A DNA stretch of 61,403 nucleotides, counting the filler, from Diploschistes diacapsis (lineage: Eukaryota), in assembly GCA_023645945.1 (NCBI GenBank). It is 10 parts of 10 records of this genome, joined end to end, with 100 filler letters (N's around TTAATTAATTAA, not from the genome) between each part and the next. Parts side by side here need not be neighbours in the genome. Positions count along the whole stretch, not along the records: positions 1 to 26,282 come from JALAIB010000184.1; 9 more parts are not named here. One strand, 5' to 3'. Below are positions 1 to 14,620 of the stretch, piece after piece; positions within the stretch are counted from its first letter, which is position 1; each line of letters begins with the position of its first letter. Position numbers and translations under genes: made by a program. Under the pieces are notes generated by a model. It saw only the letters and a program-made list of their open reading frames with translations. It had not been told where the DNA came from and made no database searches.

Positions 1-34
1 CCCCCTCCAAGCTCCCCTCCCCCGACCCCTCTCG

Positions 35-769
35 CTACCCCAACCTCCTCGGCTTCGGACTCCTCGTCCCCCCGATCTTCAACCGCGTCTTATCCACAAC
101 CCGACAGATCTTGCCCCTCAGCCTCGCGCCCTCCACCCCCATAATGACCTTGGTCACCGCGTCCCTGCCCTGGCCGAAGCCACGGTAGACAAGCTCGAGG
201 AACTCGATCTTGGCCATGAGCCCCTGCTGCTGCATGCGGGTCAGCAGGTACGCCGCCAGCTGGAAGGCGGCGTCGTACGTGCCGCGCTGCGACTTGCGGA
301 AGCCCAGGTTGCCGCACGAGATGGAGATGATGGCGTTGCGCGCCTCGTTGGTCAGCGTGAGGTGCGTGTTGTGCTTGTGCGCGTACACGTGCAGGTGGTG
401 CTCCGACGCGGACGGGTGCTCGGCGTAGAAGCGCGAGAGGCTGATGGCCTCGAGGGAGGACGGCGGGGTGGCGCCGGTTGCTGTTGTTGTTGTTGTTGTG
501 GTGTTAGTGGTGGTAGTGGTGGTGGGAGGAGAGGGAGTGCGGGCGGAGGCCGAGGCTCGTCCAATCTTTTCGCCCAGCTGGCCGAGGCTGGTGTGGGTTG
601 TGTCCGTGGTTGATGCGGAGGCCGGGGTTGGGGAGGAGGGGTTTACGATGGCTAGGCGCTGGCGGGAGGTGGTGAGTTTTCGGAGCGTGGATGGTGTGGA
701 TCGGGGTCGGCAGGTTTGTGCGAAGGGCCGGAAGAGCAGAGGGAGCTTGAGGAGGTTGCGGGCTTCCAT
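35..769 (-). CDS. MRPS18: Mitochondrial small ribosomal subunit protein uS11m (yeast Mrps18-like)
   Basis: Arg/Ser-rich presequence and poly-Thr linker, then an S11 core: HVYAHKHNTHLTL, SCGNLGFRKSQRGTYDAA, RGFGQGRDA, C-terminal GGTRSPKPRRLG. Confidence 0.88.
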   Translation of the reverse strand: MEARNLLKLPLLFRPFAQTCRPRSTPSTLRKLTTSRQRLAIVNPSSPTPASASTTDTTHTSLGQLGEKIGRASASARTPSPPTTTTTTNTTTTTTTATGATPPSSLEAISLSRFYAEHPSASEHHLHVYAHKHNTHLTLTNEARNAIISISCGNLGFRKSQRGTYDAAFQLAAYLLTRMQQQGLMAKIEFLELVYRGFGQGRDAVTKVIMGVEGARLRGKICRVVDKTRLKIGGTRSPKPRRLG

Positions 770-1160
770 GGCTGGAAGACGCCGCCGCGGGCGGAGGGTG
801 CTCGGCGGGTGATGTCAAAAAGCTGTAGATAACCTTGAGCAGTTTTGGTTCTCGTCACAGTGCGGAGGGAGCAGTGAGCCTTCGGAGTATGGGTAAAGTC
901 TATCATTTCACAGCACTTCATTCTCGGAAAAAATTCTAGCCCCAAGCTACGCGATGATTGGACAAAATCGAGTCTAGCTATTTCGAGTTAGCACCTTATA
1001 TCTTGTGATCCGACAAAGGTCGACGCTCCAGAAAAAGGCCTTGCAGTATTTTGACATTGAAAAATCATTCTATTCAACCCTGAACTCTCTTAACGTCTTC
1101 ACCTCTATTCCTGCAGTTTTTGGTGTTCCGATCGGAGAAAATTGTTCAGGAAGGCATAGC
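770..1160. promoter_or_regulatory. Probable bidirectional promoter between uS11m and TIM44
   Basis: About 390 bp between two head-to-head start codons. No specific motif identified. Confidence 0.5.
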
Positions 1161-2803
1161 ATGAGCTTTGCTGTCCGTCACAGCCGGGGCGTGGTCCTCC
1201 ACGCCACCTCCCCAAAAGCCTCGCCCGTCCACTGCTATGGCAGATCGGCCGCCTACAGGCGGTTATACACTCTCCTACGAGATGCTGGCGCGAATATATC
1301 TACGAGAGACTCGCATCGAATTGGCGCGTGTCTGATTTCCCGGCAGCCTCTCCCAGCAGCTCCTCTCCGCTCGCGAATAACTTCATCTTCCTCGCTACGC
1401 CCCTTCTCCGTCCGAACCTCTCTTTTCGCAGATCAACAGAAGCCAGAAGATATCAAGGACTCGCCACGGCAAGAGAAGGCCGAAAGTCAAGGACAAGAAG
1501 AGCAGTCTGAGGACTCAACACAATCTGGGGGCCGCAAGTCGAAAGAGGAAAATTCAAAAAAGGACGAGGCAGCGCCGCCACCACCACATGGAGACAAAAC
1601 ACCATGGCAAGTCTTCACAGAAACCCTCCGAAGCGAATTCAAAGCCTCAAAGGAATGGAACGAAGGCACGAAAGCACTCTCTGCCTCTGCGCATCAATTC
1701 TCGGAGAGCGAGTCGGTGAAACGGGCAAGAGCCGCATATAGCGCTGCCTCGGATGCGGCTAGCTCTGGAACTTCATCTGTTTTGAAGAATGCAGGTAAAG
1801 CCGTGGGGCAGAGCGCAGCGTGGACATGGGACACTTCCGTCGTAAAGGGCGTGCGTAAGGGGGCAAATGCCGTGGGCAAGGGAATCGATAGCGCCACGAA
1901 ACCGGTCCGAGAAACTGCCGCTTTTAAGAGCATCAAGGATGTGATTGATGACGGTAGTAGCTCGAGATATGGCGGATGGGTAGAGAAGGAAGAACGGCGC
2001 AAGGCCCGCGAGCTGCGAGAGCTCGAGGAAGTGAAGAGCGGGAAGCGCAGGATGGAGAAGATCGAGGAGGATCCGAAGTGAGTCAAACTTTTGTAGTCTC
2101 AAATATCTGTTACTGATGCTTGTACAGCGCTGGAACGAACGTCACGTTACATAAAGATGCTGCCTGGAAGGAATCGTGGCGGGACTTCAAGGACAGCAAC
2201 CGGCTCATGCAGTCCATGTTCTCCCTCAAGTCCACCTACAACGAGTCAGAAAACCCCCTGATCTCGACCGCCCGCTCCATCACGGACCGTGTCGCCGGCT
2301 TCTTCGCCGAGAACGAGACAGCCATGGTGGTGAAGAAGTTCCGTGAAATGGACCCCAACTTCCAGCTCGAGCCATTCCTGCGTGAGATGCGCGAGTACAT
2401 CCTCCCCGAAGTGCTGGACGCCTACGTCAAGGGCGACACCGAGACGCTCAGGCTCTGGCTCTCGGCCGCGCAGTTTCAGGTTTACTCGGCCCTGCAGCAG
2501 CAGTGGACGGCCAACGGCCTCAAGGTCGACGGGCGCATCCTGGACATCCGGCACGTCGACGTGCTCTCGGCGCGCATGCTGGAGCCGGGCGAGGTACCTG
2601 TGTTCATCATCACGTGCCGTACGCAGGAGGTCCACGTCTACCGCCAAATTAAGACGGGAGAGCTCGCGGCGGGCATGGAGGACAGGGTGCAGCTGGTCAC
2701 GTACGCGATCGGCGTAACGCGGACGGCGGAGGACGTCAACAATCCCGAGACGAGGGGCTGGCGGTTGATCGAGCTGCAGAAGAGTGGTAGGGACTACATC
2801 TAA
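1161..2803 (+). CDS. TIM44: Mitochondrial inner membrane import translocase subunit Tim44 (2 exons: 1161-2077, 2128-2803)
   Basis: Presequence, TPWQVFTETLRSEFKASKEW, SSRYGGWVEKEERR. Intron 2078-2127 (GTGAGT..CTGAT..CAG) joins EDPN-AGTN in frame. Tim44 C-domain DPNFQLEPFLREMREYILPEVLDAYVKGD...GWRLIE. Confidence 0.93.
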
Positions 2804-3688
2804 GAGGAGAAAGGATTCGACTTTCTAGAACAAGGCTGGAATGCGAGCGGGCTTCTTTTGGATGACCTTTGCTGACCTTGTTCAGACTTCCCGTGTGTGG
2901 CTGCGACCCAGCACTGCAGACGGGGCGCCTTAGCGGTATCTCTTTCTGTGCGTTGTGTGTGGGTGTGTGTGTGTGTGTGTGTGCGCGCGTCGGTTGCTAG
3001 CCTGGCAGACAGGCAACCCCATGCGGCTTATTTCACACCGCCTCTAGATCCAAGCAGCGCTGGGGGCGGCCTTTCACCATCTTCTATTCAGATCGTTCAG
3101 CATGCTCTGACTTTCTGCAATACCACGGGGAGCAGTCCGTTTTACCTCTCATTCCACTTCACTTCGCTTCGCTTCGCTTCACTGTTCATGTTGCTCCGCT
3201 TCAGGCGCCGCCCCTCAGCTGCTTAGAGATTAAAAGAAGGCATGGCGATATTGTATCTTCAGGAAACGGCGTGATGGGGCGTGCTCAAAAAATGAGGAGG
3301 GGCGTTCCGGACAGAAGAGGCGGGTGCGTCTCCAGCAGGCTCCCGTCAATCAGTCATTCGGCTCATTCGATCAATCAAGCGAATTCAATCATAACGAGGC
3401 ATATTCTCGGATAACAAGGACCTCTCTGGTCGGCATAACTCTCCACTACAATAATGTATCATGAGCTATTTGTATAATACCATCCTCCTGGCTAGGTAGA
3501 TAGCGTTGAATGACCGCGAGCGCGGCGGGATTCTCGTATAGCCTTGCGCATGGGGGTCCGTATTGAACACAACTAAAGCTCGGCCTCTCTTGTCGCGGGG
3601 GAGAAGAGATCTGCGAGGCGATGTCGTAATATCATATTGGGCTGAGCTCGGGGGATTTCAATCAGCCCTGATCGCGGTCTAAACGCTA

Positions 3689-4834
3689 TTATACGCAAGT
3701 AAATGCAGGGGCGTCTTTGACAAACAGGATTTCGAATGCGGCCAGTGGACGGCTTGCTTGCGCAAAAGGGGATGGTATGCTAACAGTTGGACCCTGGATG
3801 TTACGCCCCGTAATTCGGGAAGACAGGTATGACAATCCATCATCTGTATACTTCAGCTCTTTTGGGGGAATGTATTTTTTGTAGTCGATGACTTCCTTCA
3901 AGGTGACAGAGTACCGTATCATAGTACGTACATGTAGCCAAGCAAATCCCACCGACGCTGCTGGCCAGGGGGGAGGGGGGGGGAGGAGGAAATGCTGATG
4001 CTGCAGGTGCGAAGAGACCGACGTTCCAATCTCGGTGGCGAGTCAGAATCAGGAACGTTGATTCGGTACTGAATGACCCCACTCAGTGAAGTGGCTGGGA
4101 GTATCTTTTTGCTGCTCAATAACTTCCCCGAAGGAGCTGTGAGTATCGGGAAGATGTACTCAGACATAGGTCTTCGGCCCCCTGGATCCTTCACGGCTTT
4201 CCAAAGGCGAACTGTCCCTTGGTCTCTCATTTCCCTTTCTCCATGATCACTTCCTCTCGCAAAGCTGTCCCGAAGAAACCTTTTAGCACCGCACCGTGTC
4301 CAGGAAGAGAAATATGAGACGAGGGCTCCTGCAAGTCTCTTACCCGGAGCTGCAGAAGTCCTTGAAGTTGCGGCAGCGCCGCAGAGAGTCTATCTACTAG
4401 GGTTAGTAAAAGGGACTCGAGCTTCCCCCTCCACCAACCATTCTTGCGAGAAGAAACGTACCCGGCACAAGCTACGTGGTTGTCGCCGCGCCACAAATGG
4501 CTGTTAAGTTCCCGCTTGACCATGAATTGACATAACTTGCCGAACACACTTGTTTCCGTCACTATTGCTCTTGCAACGTTGATGGTGATAGTGAAGGGTG
4601 GCTACTTGCACCATCCCTGTATTGCCTACGGCTCAGCCCTTCTAGGCTGCAGAGCTTGCTAGCCGGGGGTCCTTTGGTATCACTGAGCAATGTGGTGACT
4701 GAGCTTTTATGTTGTATCAGTGCTAATGGTTCATCTGGGTGACCTTTCTGTTCGTGGGTACCACGGTGTAGGGCACGGAATGCCCCGTGGGTGGGCTTGT
4801 TGTGCAACGTTCTGAGTAGCAGCTGTAAGCTCAC
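3689..4834 (-). pseudogene. Possible decayed protein-coding relic
   Basis: Chain of abutting or overlapping minus-strand ORF fragments (4562-4834, 4227-4562, 3919-4230, 3689-3952) with protein-like composition, broken by stops and frameshifts. No family recognised. Confidence 0.25.
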
Positions 4835-5572
4835 AATCCTCTCGAGCCTAGCTGAAGCTTGTTCTGCCCTAGCCCCTGCTGTCGACCCCTAGAAGTCGAA
4901 GCTTTCTCGCCCCCCCCGACGAGACGCTCGAACCACGGAGGACTTCTCGAAGTCATTTACATTGGTAGATTACTGGGCTCCATTCTCCCTGCCCACGTTA
5001 AACTCAAGCTGTGCTCCTGCCAGCATTCTTGAGTGGGGCGTGCGGCTGCACAAGTCCTGCAGCGGGTGAAACCTTACCTGACACGAGACGGTTTATAGTA
5101 ATGCTTAAGCTCACAAAATCGGTCTTAAATTAATCTGCCATTGTACAAGCCACGGTCACCAACATATGAGGGTCGTATCCATGACGTAACCGATCAGCCT
5201 TTGGCCAGATGGTCAATCTGTAATTATGTTGACAGTGGTATAAACTGGCATAAACTGGACATCGTTCATTCACGGAAATGTTTGATCGAGTATAGAATAA
5301 GAAGAAGCGGTATACGAAATCTGAACCTGGTTGCGGCTCCAATTTTATTCTTTGGTTCACAGCAAGGTTTCTTCTCCAGGGTTGATGCTTACTCAACACG
5401 TGCGTATGGCGCCTATCTGCAACGTCCTATCTGTTTCAAGGTATTTTCATGTTTTTGAGCGAGTTCAAGAACGAGATTAGGCACCCGAGTGCATCCTCCT
5501 GTCTAACTGGATGCTTGGTATGTGTTAGCTTTAGCACCGAACGGGGAATGAGCCGAGTTGGAAGCCGGCGTC

Positions 5573-5611
5573 GCAGAACAGAAGTGCAGAACAGAAGTGC
5601 AGAACAGAAGT
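5573..5611 (+). repeat. 13-bp tandem repeat (GCAGAACAGAAGT)x3
   Basis: Three exact copies read directly. Confidence 0.85.
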
Positions 5612-8600
5612 GATCATTGCTTCAAGATCAACTACTTGCCGTTGTGACGAGAGGCGCGAAGGGGCACGCACACCACACCGGGCCCTCTTTGTCCGATATT
5701 TGCTCAGATCGAACTGGTATCCCCTTTGTAATCCATCACAAACAATGCGGAGGTGGGTTCCTTTACGAACCCCAGCGCGAAAGGGCTTTCTTCGTAGTGA
5801 TAACGCCAATCGAAGAGTGTCTTGCGGTAATATTAACAAGGTTCAATGGCCTTAGCTTTGGTTTTGAAAAGAAATAACAGCGTGGTATTGGAGACCGCAT
5901 ACAAAGTCAGAAAGGAGGAGGATAAAGCCGTACACAGGCACAAGAGAGCGGTAAAGAGAGGTAGATTTAATAAATTCCAGTACCCAAAACCCATTCAAAG
6001 AAGCAACAGCAGTTAAATATGGACTGCAATTAGCTGTTCAGCCAATCCGGTCTAGTGGAGCTGCTATCTCCACAAAACTGGTTTAGTCTTTTCACACCAC
6101 TGTATCCAAGGGCTTTCTATGGTGCTAACACTTCCTGCCATTGGTGCTCATCCATTGTGGCATTAATGGGGGGAAGGAGGGTAAACGAAGTTCGAGAGCG
6201 TGCATTATCGAAGCCTAGAGCAAGACCAATAATAGACTAACTGTGATACGATGCAAGAGCCATTCGAAATCCGGCTCAATCATGCAGAAACCTGTCACCG
6301 CCCTTTTGCAGAGGGCCTTCAACACCATCTGGTAGCACCAATGTCGACCTCAATGCTAACCTATTTCAGTACATGATGAATATGGGACGACGTCAACGGG
6401 GTATGCCCATGGTGGCCCAGCCGCTGAGCATGGTTGTTGTGGACAATGCTACCACCTTATTGCACAAAATGCCTGATAGTCACGTGCGAAGCTTGTCAAG
6501 AGAGGTAGGCCACACTTTCCCCGTATGGGTTTCCCTCATCAAGCAAGCAAGGGGGCACGGTACAGTGTTTAGCTGCGGAAGGCGACGAGCAGTACGGACA
6601 TTATGCGCCATTTCGCTCGTAGGGTTTCTGCATAGATCGTCCAGTGAATAAATTGAAGCGAAAGTCGTCGAACTCACACAAACAGCGAATGAGCGGTGAA
6701 TGAATAGTGGTGAAAGTACTGGATAGAAATCGTAATAAAAGTGAACGTGAAGGAGAACAAGAACGCTACTTGAACTCCAGGCGAAAGAAGCAAGTTGTGG
6801 ACGTGCATCGAGCATCTCACGTCATCTCGCTAGTCAAGCGGTCGGCGGTTCGGTGGAACAGCGTGGCACCCGAGCCAGCTTCAGCAGCAGTATTGGCATA
6901 GAAGTGTGCCAGAGATGGAACATTTGCTTTCATTTGACGGGTTGAGTCAGTCTAGACTGGAGTGCGGAAGTAATAATGATATCCGCTTACCACCACTTTG
7001 ATTCTTTAGTCTGTCCGCAGCTGATGTGTGGTGATCGTACAAGGTCAAAGCTGTTACTAGGCGAACAGTAACGGTATGGAATCTAGCTCGGCGACACTAA
7101 TGCGAACCATGTATAGCCTTCAGCCCTAGCCTTGAGCCGTGACGAGAGTATCATCTCGACTGCAGATTGCCTCATTTGGAGGGAGAGCAACCGGCCGCAA
7201 GCCTTACTCCAGTATCCAGCAAGCGGACCAATGCGTTTCAAAACACGGGACTTCGTTATCGCTTCGGTTGCGTCTCACCCAATAGCATGAAAAAGATTAG
7301 AAGAAGCCCAGGGGTGCAGATCAGGTTCGCCCGTACGTACACCTAGAGCAGTGTGATATGCTTCATGAATAGGGGTTCGTAGCAACGGTCTCAGTCGCTG
7401 GACAACCCATCAGAAAGCATGGGAGTCATCTGTAATTTCTGAAGAACTAGGGCCATCCTGCCAGACCAGGGACAACACGCAGCTTCCGTTGGTTGAAGTA
7501 ATAAGATGCGATTGCGGTTTCAGGACATGCTTTTCACCACCAACACCCAAAAAGCATCAATGCGGGGGGCACATGCTCCCAAGCTGAGTATGTTCCAACG
7601 GTGCAACGGCTTTGCTGAAGCGTCTCTCTTCGCTAGCAGGTTAACAAAAAGGAAACGTTTGATAAGACCGCAAGGCAGCGGCCTATAGAGCCGTCCAACT
7701 GCTTCACGGGCCACAATCGAAGAAAAGGGAATCGCTAGACATACTATTAATTCCGATACCCAATCAGCAAAGTCCAATATGACCCTAGATATAACGGAAA
7801 AGCCCATGGAAGCGGCCGCACAAGTCTTGTTACTGGTCTTGATTCTTAAGCGCATCGGGACCCGGACCTTAGACTCTCCAACTGAAAGGAACGTGCTCGG
7901 ACCGCATTTCGTCTCGTTCAAAATACAATGCGACTCAAAATTGCAAGCAAATATTTGTTGAGTGGTAAAGCCAGGTCCCCTAACGAGGCAGTACACTATC
8001 GTCATAGTTCTGCCCTGCGGGTGCAAAGAAAGGTTTTCCGGCAGGGGTGAAAGGCAGTGTACTAGCCACACGGCCCGGAACCATTGGGCTAGGACCTTTC
8101 CAAGACAATGGTTCCAAGTTTCTCTGCCGAGCCTCAGATCTCGCAAGCAGCGTGAGGACGCCCTTGGTGAAAGTCAATGACAACGGATCACTTTGCTGGG
8201 TTCAGGGCGCCGGGGCTCGGCCAAAGGCAGCATAGCATGTGCAGAACTAGCCCTCACGTCCCAGACCTCGATCTGTGTACTCTTCAACTCCTAGAAAGAA
8301 GCCTCTAGACTCACCGGATAGCGCAGGGAAGGAACGAAGCTGATGCCATTTGGTTTGAAAAGTCAGACGAGCAGCAGTCCGGGAAGCCTAGCATGTAGAA
8401 AGGGACTCTGAAGGCAACCAGACACTAGTTGAATCATGTAGTTGCCTTAGTCAGTGTTGATACACGTGCCTAGCACATGACGACCCACTTGACTGTGTGT
8501 CGAGACGGTGGGATCACGAGCTGAAGCGGCTCAGTAGGTTCTGGCATCTGATTGCCTAGTTAACTGGCCATTAGAGCTGCAAATTGCAGGGACCACATGG

Positions 8601-9360
8601 ACGCAGTTGCTTTGATACACTGTTACATACCCAGAAGCTCTCTTTACGAAAGCTGACCAGGAGGTGGGGATTTGTATGAGCAAATTTCATGTTCCTGCAC
8701 ATCCAGAGACATTGGTCAAGCAGGGGCAGGAAACGGGTTCGCGATTATCCACAAGGCTGCATAGACCATTTCAGAGAGCTGGACGGGACAGTGCATGAGT
8801 AGAGTGCTCAAGCCTAATTATAGATGATCTGAAGCCCGGGGTAATTTCTGAAATCCCGAACTGACAGCTAAGGTTAGAGGAGTGGATCTGCTTGAAGAAC
8901 ATAAAGAACTTTCCTCGAGTAGAGCATAGTAGTCACGAAGATGCAAGTGGTAATTGTCTGCGGAACGAATTCAAGGGGCTCGGTGAGGCGGAGGATTTGC
9001 GTGGCGTAAGGCTCCTTCAACGCTACCTTAGAGAAGTGCGTTCATTTCATAAGCTTTGATAAAGACTGGTTTCCAGGCATCTCTTTCACAATGGGAACCA
9101 GATTGTCCCATTTCATGACAATCTCCTCCAATATTTCAGCCTTTACTTCTTCAGCCAATCTTAGCTTCCATTACCGAGCTAACAGTCTGAATATAGATCC
9201 CGTGAGCCCCTTTCCAAGTTAATCAAGATGCAGTAAGTGATCATGTCTCTTCCTCTCTTATCGTTCCAATATAGCACCCACTCTGAAAATTCCACAAGCG
9301 CTGATTCGAGAGACTGAGCGTAGAAGACCGAAGCCTGAGGAGGCTCTTGGGCAGAGCAGC

Positions 9361-9900
9361 ATGCACTACCAGACACACCCCGTGTACGCGGGCGAGCCTC
9401 AGAGGAGCCAGTCCCAACGTACTGTTGAAAATGTCATGAATCCGGAGAGTTGGGGAAACGCTTCGTCAATAAATCCCAGCTACAACCTCTATCCGAGCAA
9501 CTCTGGTGGTGTGGGAGGCGCGTGCAATGCGGAGCTGCCGAACCCTTACGCTGGGTATCCTCCAGTCTACCTATCGCCGCCACAAAGCAGTGGGAGTTAC
9601 TCTGGCTATCCATTCCCTCCGCTTCCACATCAGGCGTGCCCGGACGAGAATCCAGACCGGACGCACAAGTGCCGCTGGTGCAATAGAGTATTTGCTCATG
9701 AGAGCTCCAAATGCCGCCACGAAAAGGAGCACTTTAACACGTTCCCTTGCCCAGAGCCAGGATGTGAGATTGTCTCATCTCGGAAGGACTCACTCAAGAG
9801 ACATCTTCGTCTCATACATGGCGGAACCGAAGGCAGCAATCAAGGATCTTCGTCCCGGGATAACGGGCGAGGTACCTCCGGAGGTATGTTGAATGTTTGA
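9361..9900 (+). CDS. Small C2H2 zinc-finger protein, probable transcription factor
   Basis: Two tandem fingers, CRWC...HEKEH and CPEPGC...RKDSLKRHLRLIH, after a Pro/Ser/Tyr-rich N-terminus. A small 3' intron near 9884 (GTATGT) is possible. Confidence 0.75.
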   Translation: MHYQTHPVYAGEPQRSQSQRTVENVMNPESWGNASSINPSYNLYPSNSGGVGGACNAELPNPYAGYPPVYLSPPQSSGSYSGYPFPPLPHQACPDENPDRTHKCRWCNRVFAHESSKCRHEKEHFNTFPCPEPGCEIVSSRKDSLKRHLRLIHGGTEGSNQGSSSRDNGRGTSGGMLNV

Positions 9901-10458
9901 ATCCAATTGAGGAAGTATTTTGCAGGGTGGTTGAGCTAAAGCAGTCAGGCTCCTCACGCAGGTAACTGAGATGTTCGGCCATGATTTGGCCTCAGAAGGT
10001 CACACATCTTTTCCATATCAGGTTAAATGCAGGCTTCGTGGGCCATGTGACACAGACTCAACTAGTGTGATGGTATTAGCGGCATGGTTATTGGGGAATT
10101 GGGCACAACCGGCGATTTGGATGGCAATGAGGGCTGGTCGGTATCTGGAAACCAAGTGCTGGATTCGAATCTAGGTTAGACCTCTGGGCGTTGCTGCGGA
10201 GTTGACTTCTTTTCTTTGTCTGGTCAACTTTCGACGCAGCTATTACATATTCAACATTCTCGACTTTGTCCTCATGCTTGTTGGCGTTCCTTTCTTATCA
10301 ACAAGCCCAGTGGCACTGGTTCAAGGCTGAATGTACCGGTGTATGGCTTTACTAGTAATCCAAGGCTAGTCTAGTAACTCAGAGTCACTGCTTGAGGAGT
10401 AACGTTGCAAGAGAAGCGTAAAGGATCAAGGTAACTTTGAATAGTTGCATGTGTGTTA

Positions 10459-10483
10459 TGTGTGTGTGTGTGTGTGTGTGTGT
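10459..10483 (+). repeat. (TG)n microsatellite
   Basis: About 12 TG units. Similar tracts at about 2964-2983 and (CA)n at about 50029-50058. Confidence 0.85.
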
Positions 10484-12062
10484 GGATGATATGGCAGCAC
10501 GTTGCTCAACCCACCATGTTGGAAAACTTGAATACTAGTAGCCCTAGGATTAGGATAGCGCAATGTTCGGCCCGAATAAAATATCCGACACACGGGCTTA
10601 GGACTCGGGTGTTTCGGCAGAGCCAGGCTAACCCTTCTTCTGTATAAGCGAGGGTTTGAAAAGCACTACGATCGGTAATTTCTCTCTATCCTACGTTCCA
10701 TGATCCTTCTTTCTCAGTCCTGTTGACGTCCAGGCTGGGCCCAGGTCTACTACATCGTGAATTATCCCATTGCTATTGACCAGGGCAATTGATAGTAATG
10801 ATTGCATGACTTTTAAGGGCTGATGCGTCTTTCACCACTGTCCATTCAGTGGGCGAATTTTGCATCCCCAACTTAGGGCTTTACCTACCATACGATTACC
10901 ATACAATGGGAGAAGTAGGTACTACAAGAGCCTCATGCGGCTTTCAATCTTGTAAGCTGCAGTTTGTTATGATTTCCAAAGATACATCCTCTCCGTCGGT
11001 AGCAGAAATACTACTAACACGGCCTAGCTTCACTGATTCCTCAAGCCGTCACACAATTTTTCAGGGCTCCCTCTATCCTTGGCGTAGGAACTTAAAACGG
11101 TGGAACCTAAAGCACTTCCTCTCACCATCAAGTGCAATCCCAAGCTCGAAACTCATAAAATACGTGGCAACCCCATTCACCTGCGACTAATTGTACTTGG
11201 TAAATCAAAAAAAGCCACTTCCTCATAATGACAGCATCTAGTTTTGCATGGCTGCACCGTTTGGGTGCCTCTAGATAACTGTCAAGATGTCCCGTCAGAT
11301 CCAGAACAAAATGCTTCGTCGAACTTGGTACTCAACCAGATCACGAGGCTTATCAGACAAACAATAATCGTCACCTCTGATGGTAGCTCCTGTGCCAGTC
11401 ACTGCTAACCATGTCAAATCCTCCCATAGCTGTTCTATATATCCGCTCCTGTCTGAAGTCACTGGTAGCGACTGCATTCACCCATGGATCCTTTAGGCAA
11501 TCCTCAAGACCGACGGCTATACTTATAATCAGCAGGGCGGCGGCCAGGCACATTCAAAAAGCAATGATTACAATAGACCAGGCTAAACTAAAAAGATTGA
11601 GGCCGTATAACCTGATGCTTGTTATGTGTCAACCAGAAGCTACAATATACAAGAGCTAACAGGGGGTGCAGATCATTGATTATCGGCTATGAGTCTCCGG
11701 CAAACCAGTACAATGGGTCGCAACGATACACTTCGGAGCCTAAAACTTGCTACCATCGATATCTTCAGTTTGGTACCTTTCCGCCGTACTATCTGCAAAC
11801 AGGCTCAGCTTCCAGCTCTACCTCGGTGCGTGATGTCACCTCAACGGGAAAACGTTTTTGTTCATTCCGTTAGTGGTCTCGTAACCCCCCATGGTTGGAT
11901 TTATCTGCTTCAGGATTGTTTCAATTTTCGAACTCAACATGTCGAAAATCCCCTATTGTCGGGTATTTGTTCTGCACAGCATGTGTAGTAGAATGCCAGC
12001 AGCTGGGCTAGGGTGACGTGGTCCCCCTGCATCTTCCGTCACTCTTACAATTCTCTTCAATG

Positions 12063-14007
<1,945 letters not shown>

Positions 14008-14620
14008 CTACTACACTACTAATTCCCACTATCCAGGTTTTCTCGCATGTAAAACAGACATGTGAGAGTTGAGGTCCCTCCTTTATACCCCACCTATGCG
14101 CAGAACGGTTCACTACCATTATAGGTTGGCTTCAAAGGTTGACTGCGCGTATATGCGTTCTCCCTAATCGGCCCTTTCTCGGCCTCATCAGTAGTCAGAT
14201 ATACCGAAGCCCTATTGGTAGGAAATCCCCTAGTCTTGCTTAAGCTACAGTACGCTGCAACTCGCACCTTTTGCACAAACTTGGGTTTTGGAATCGCCCA
14301 AGACCCTGCTGCGACAAATGGTTCAACAAGCACTTTTGCCTTGAGCCACTTTGCAAGCTCGTTATTATCCTTCCTAGGCTAATAAATATATATCGTCCCT
14401 TTTTGCCGAGATTATGAACACCCTGCCACCGCATATATATATATTCCCGAGATGCTCATCCAATTCATTTCTCTGCTTCTGATGACCGCAGAGCACTCCC
14501 GAACACGCCAACCAGCCCCCGGAACTTTAGGCGCCGACAAACTCGTCCTGAAGAGCCAGGTTATTGTATTTACAATCGTAATTGAAGCAAGCAGCCTGAC
14601 CAATTCTTGAAATGCATGAT

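Noticed and set aside
7520..8146. 208-aa minus-strand ORF
   Set aside because: Non-ATG start, no motifs, and located in a degenerate region.
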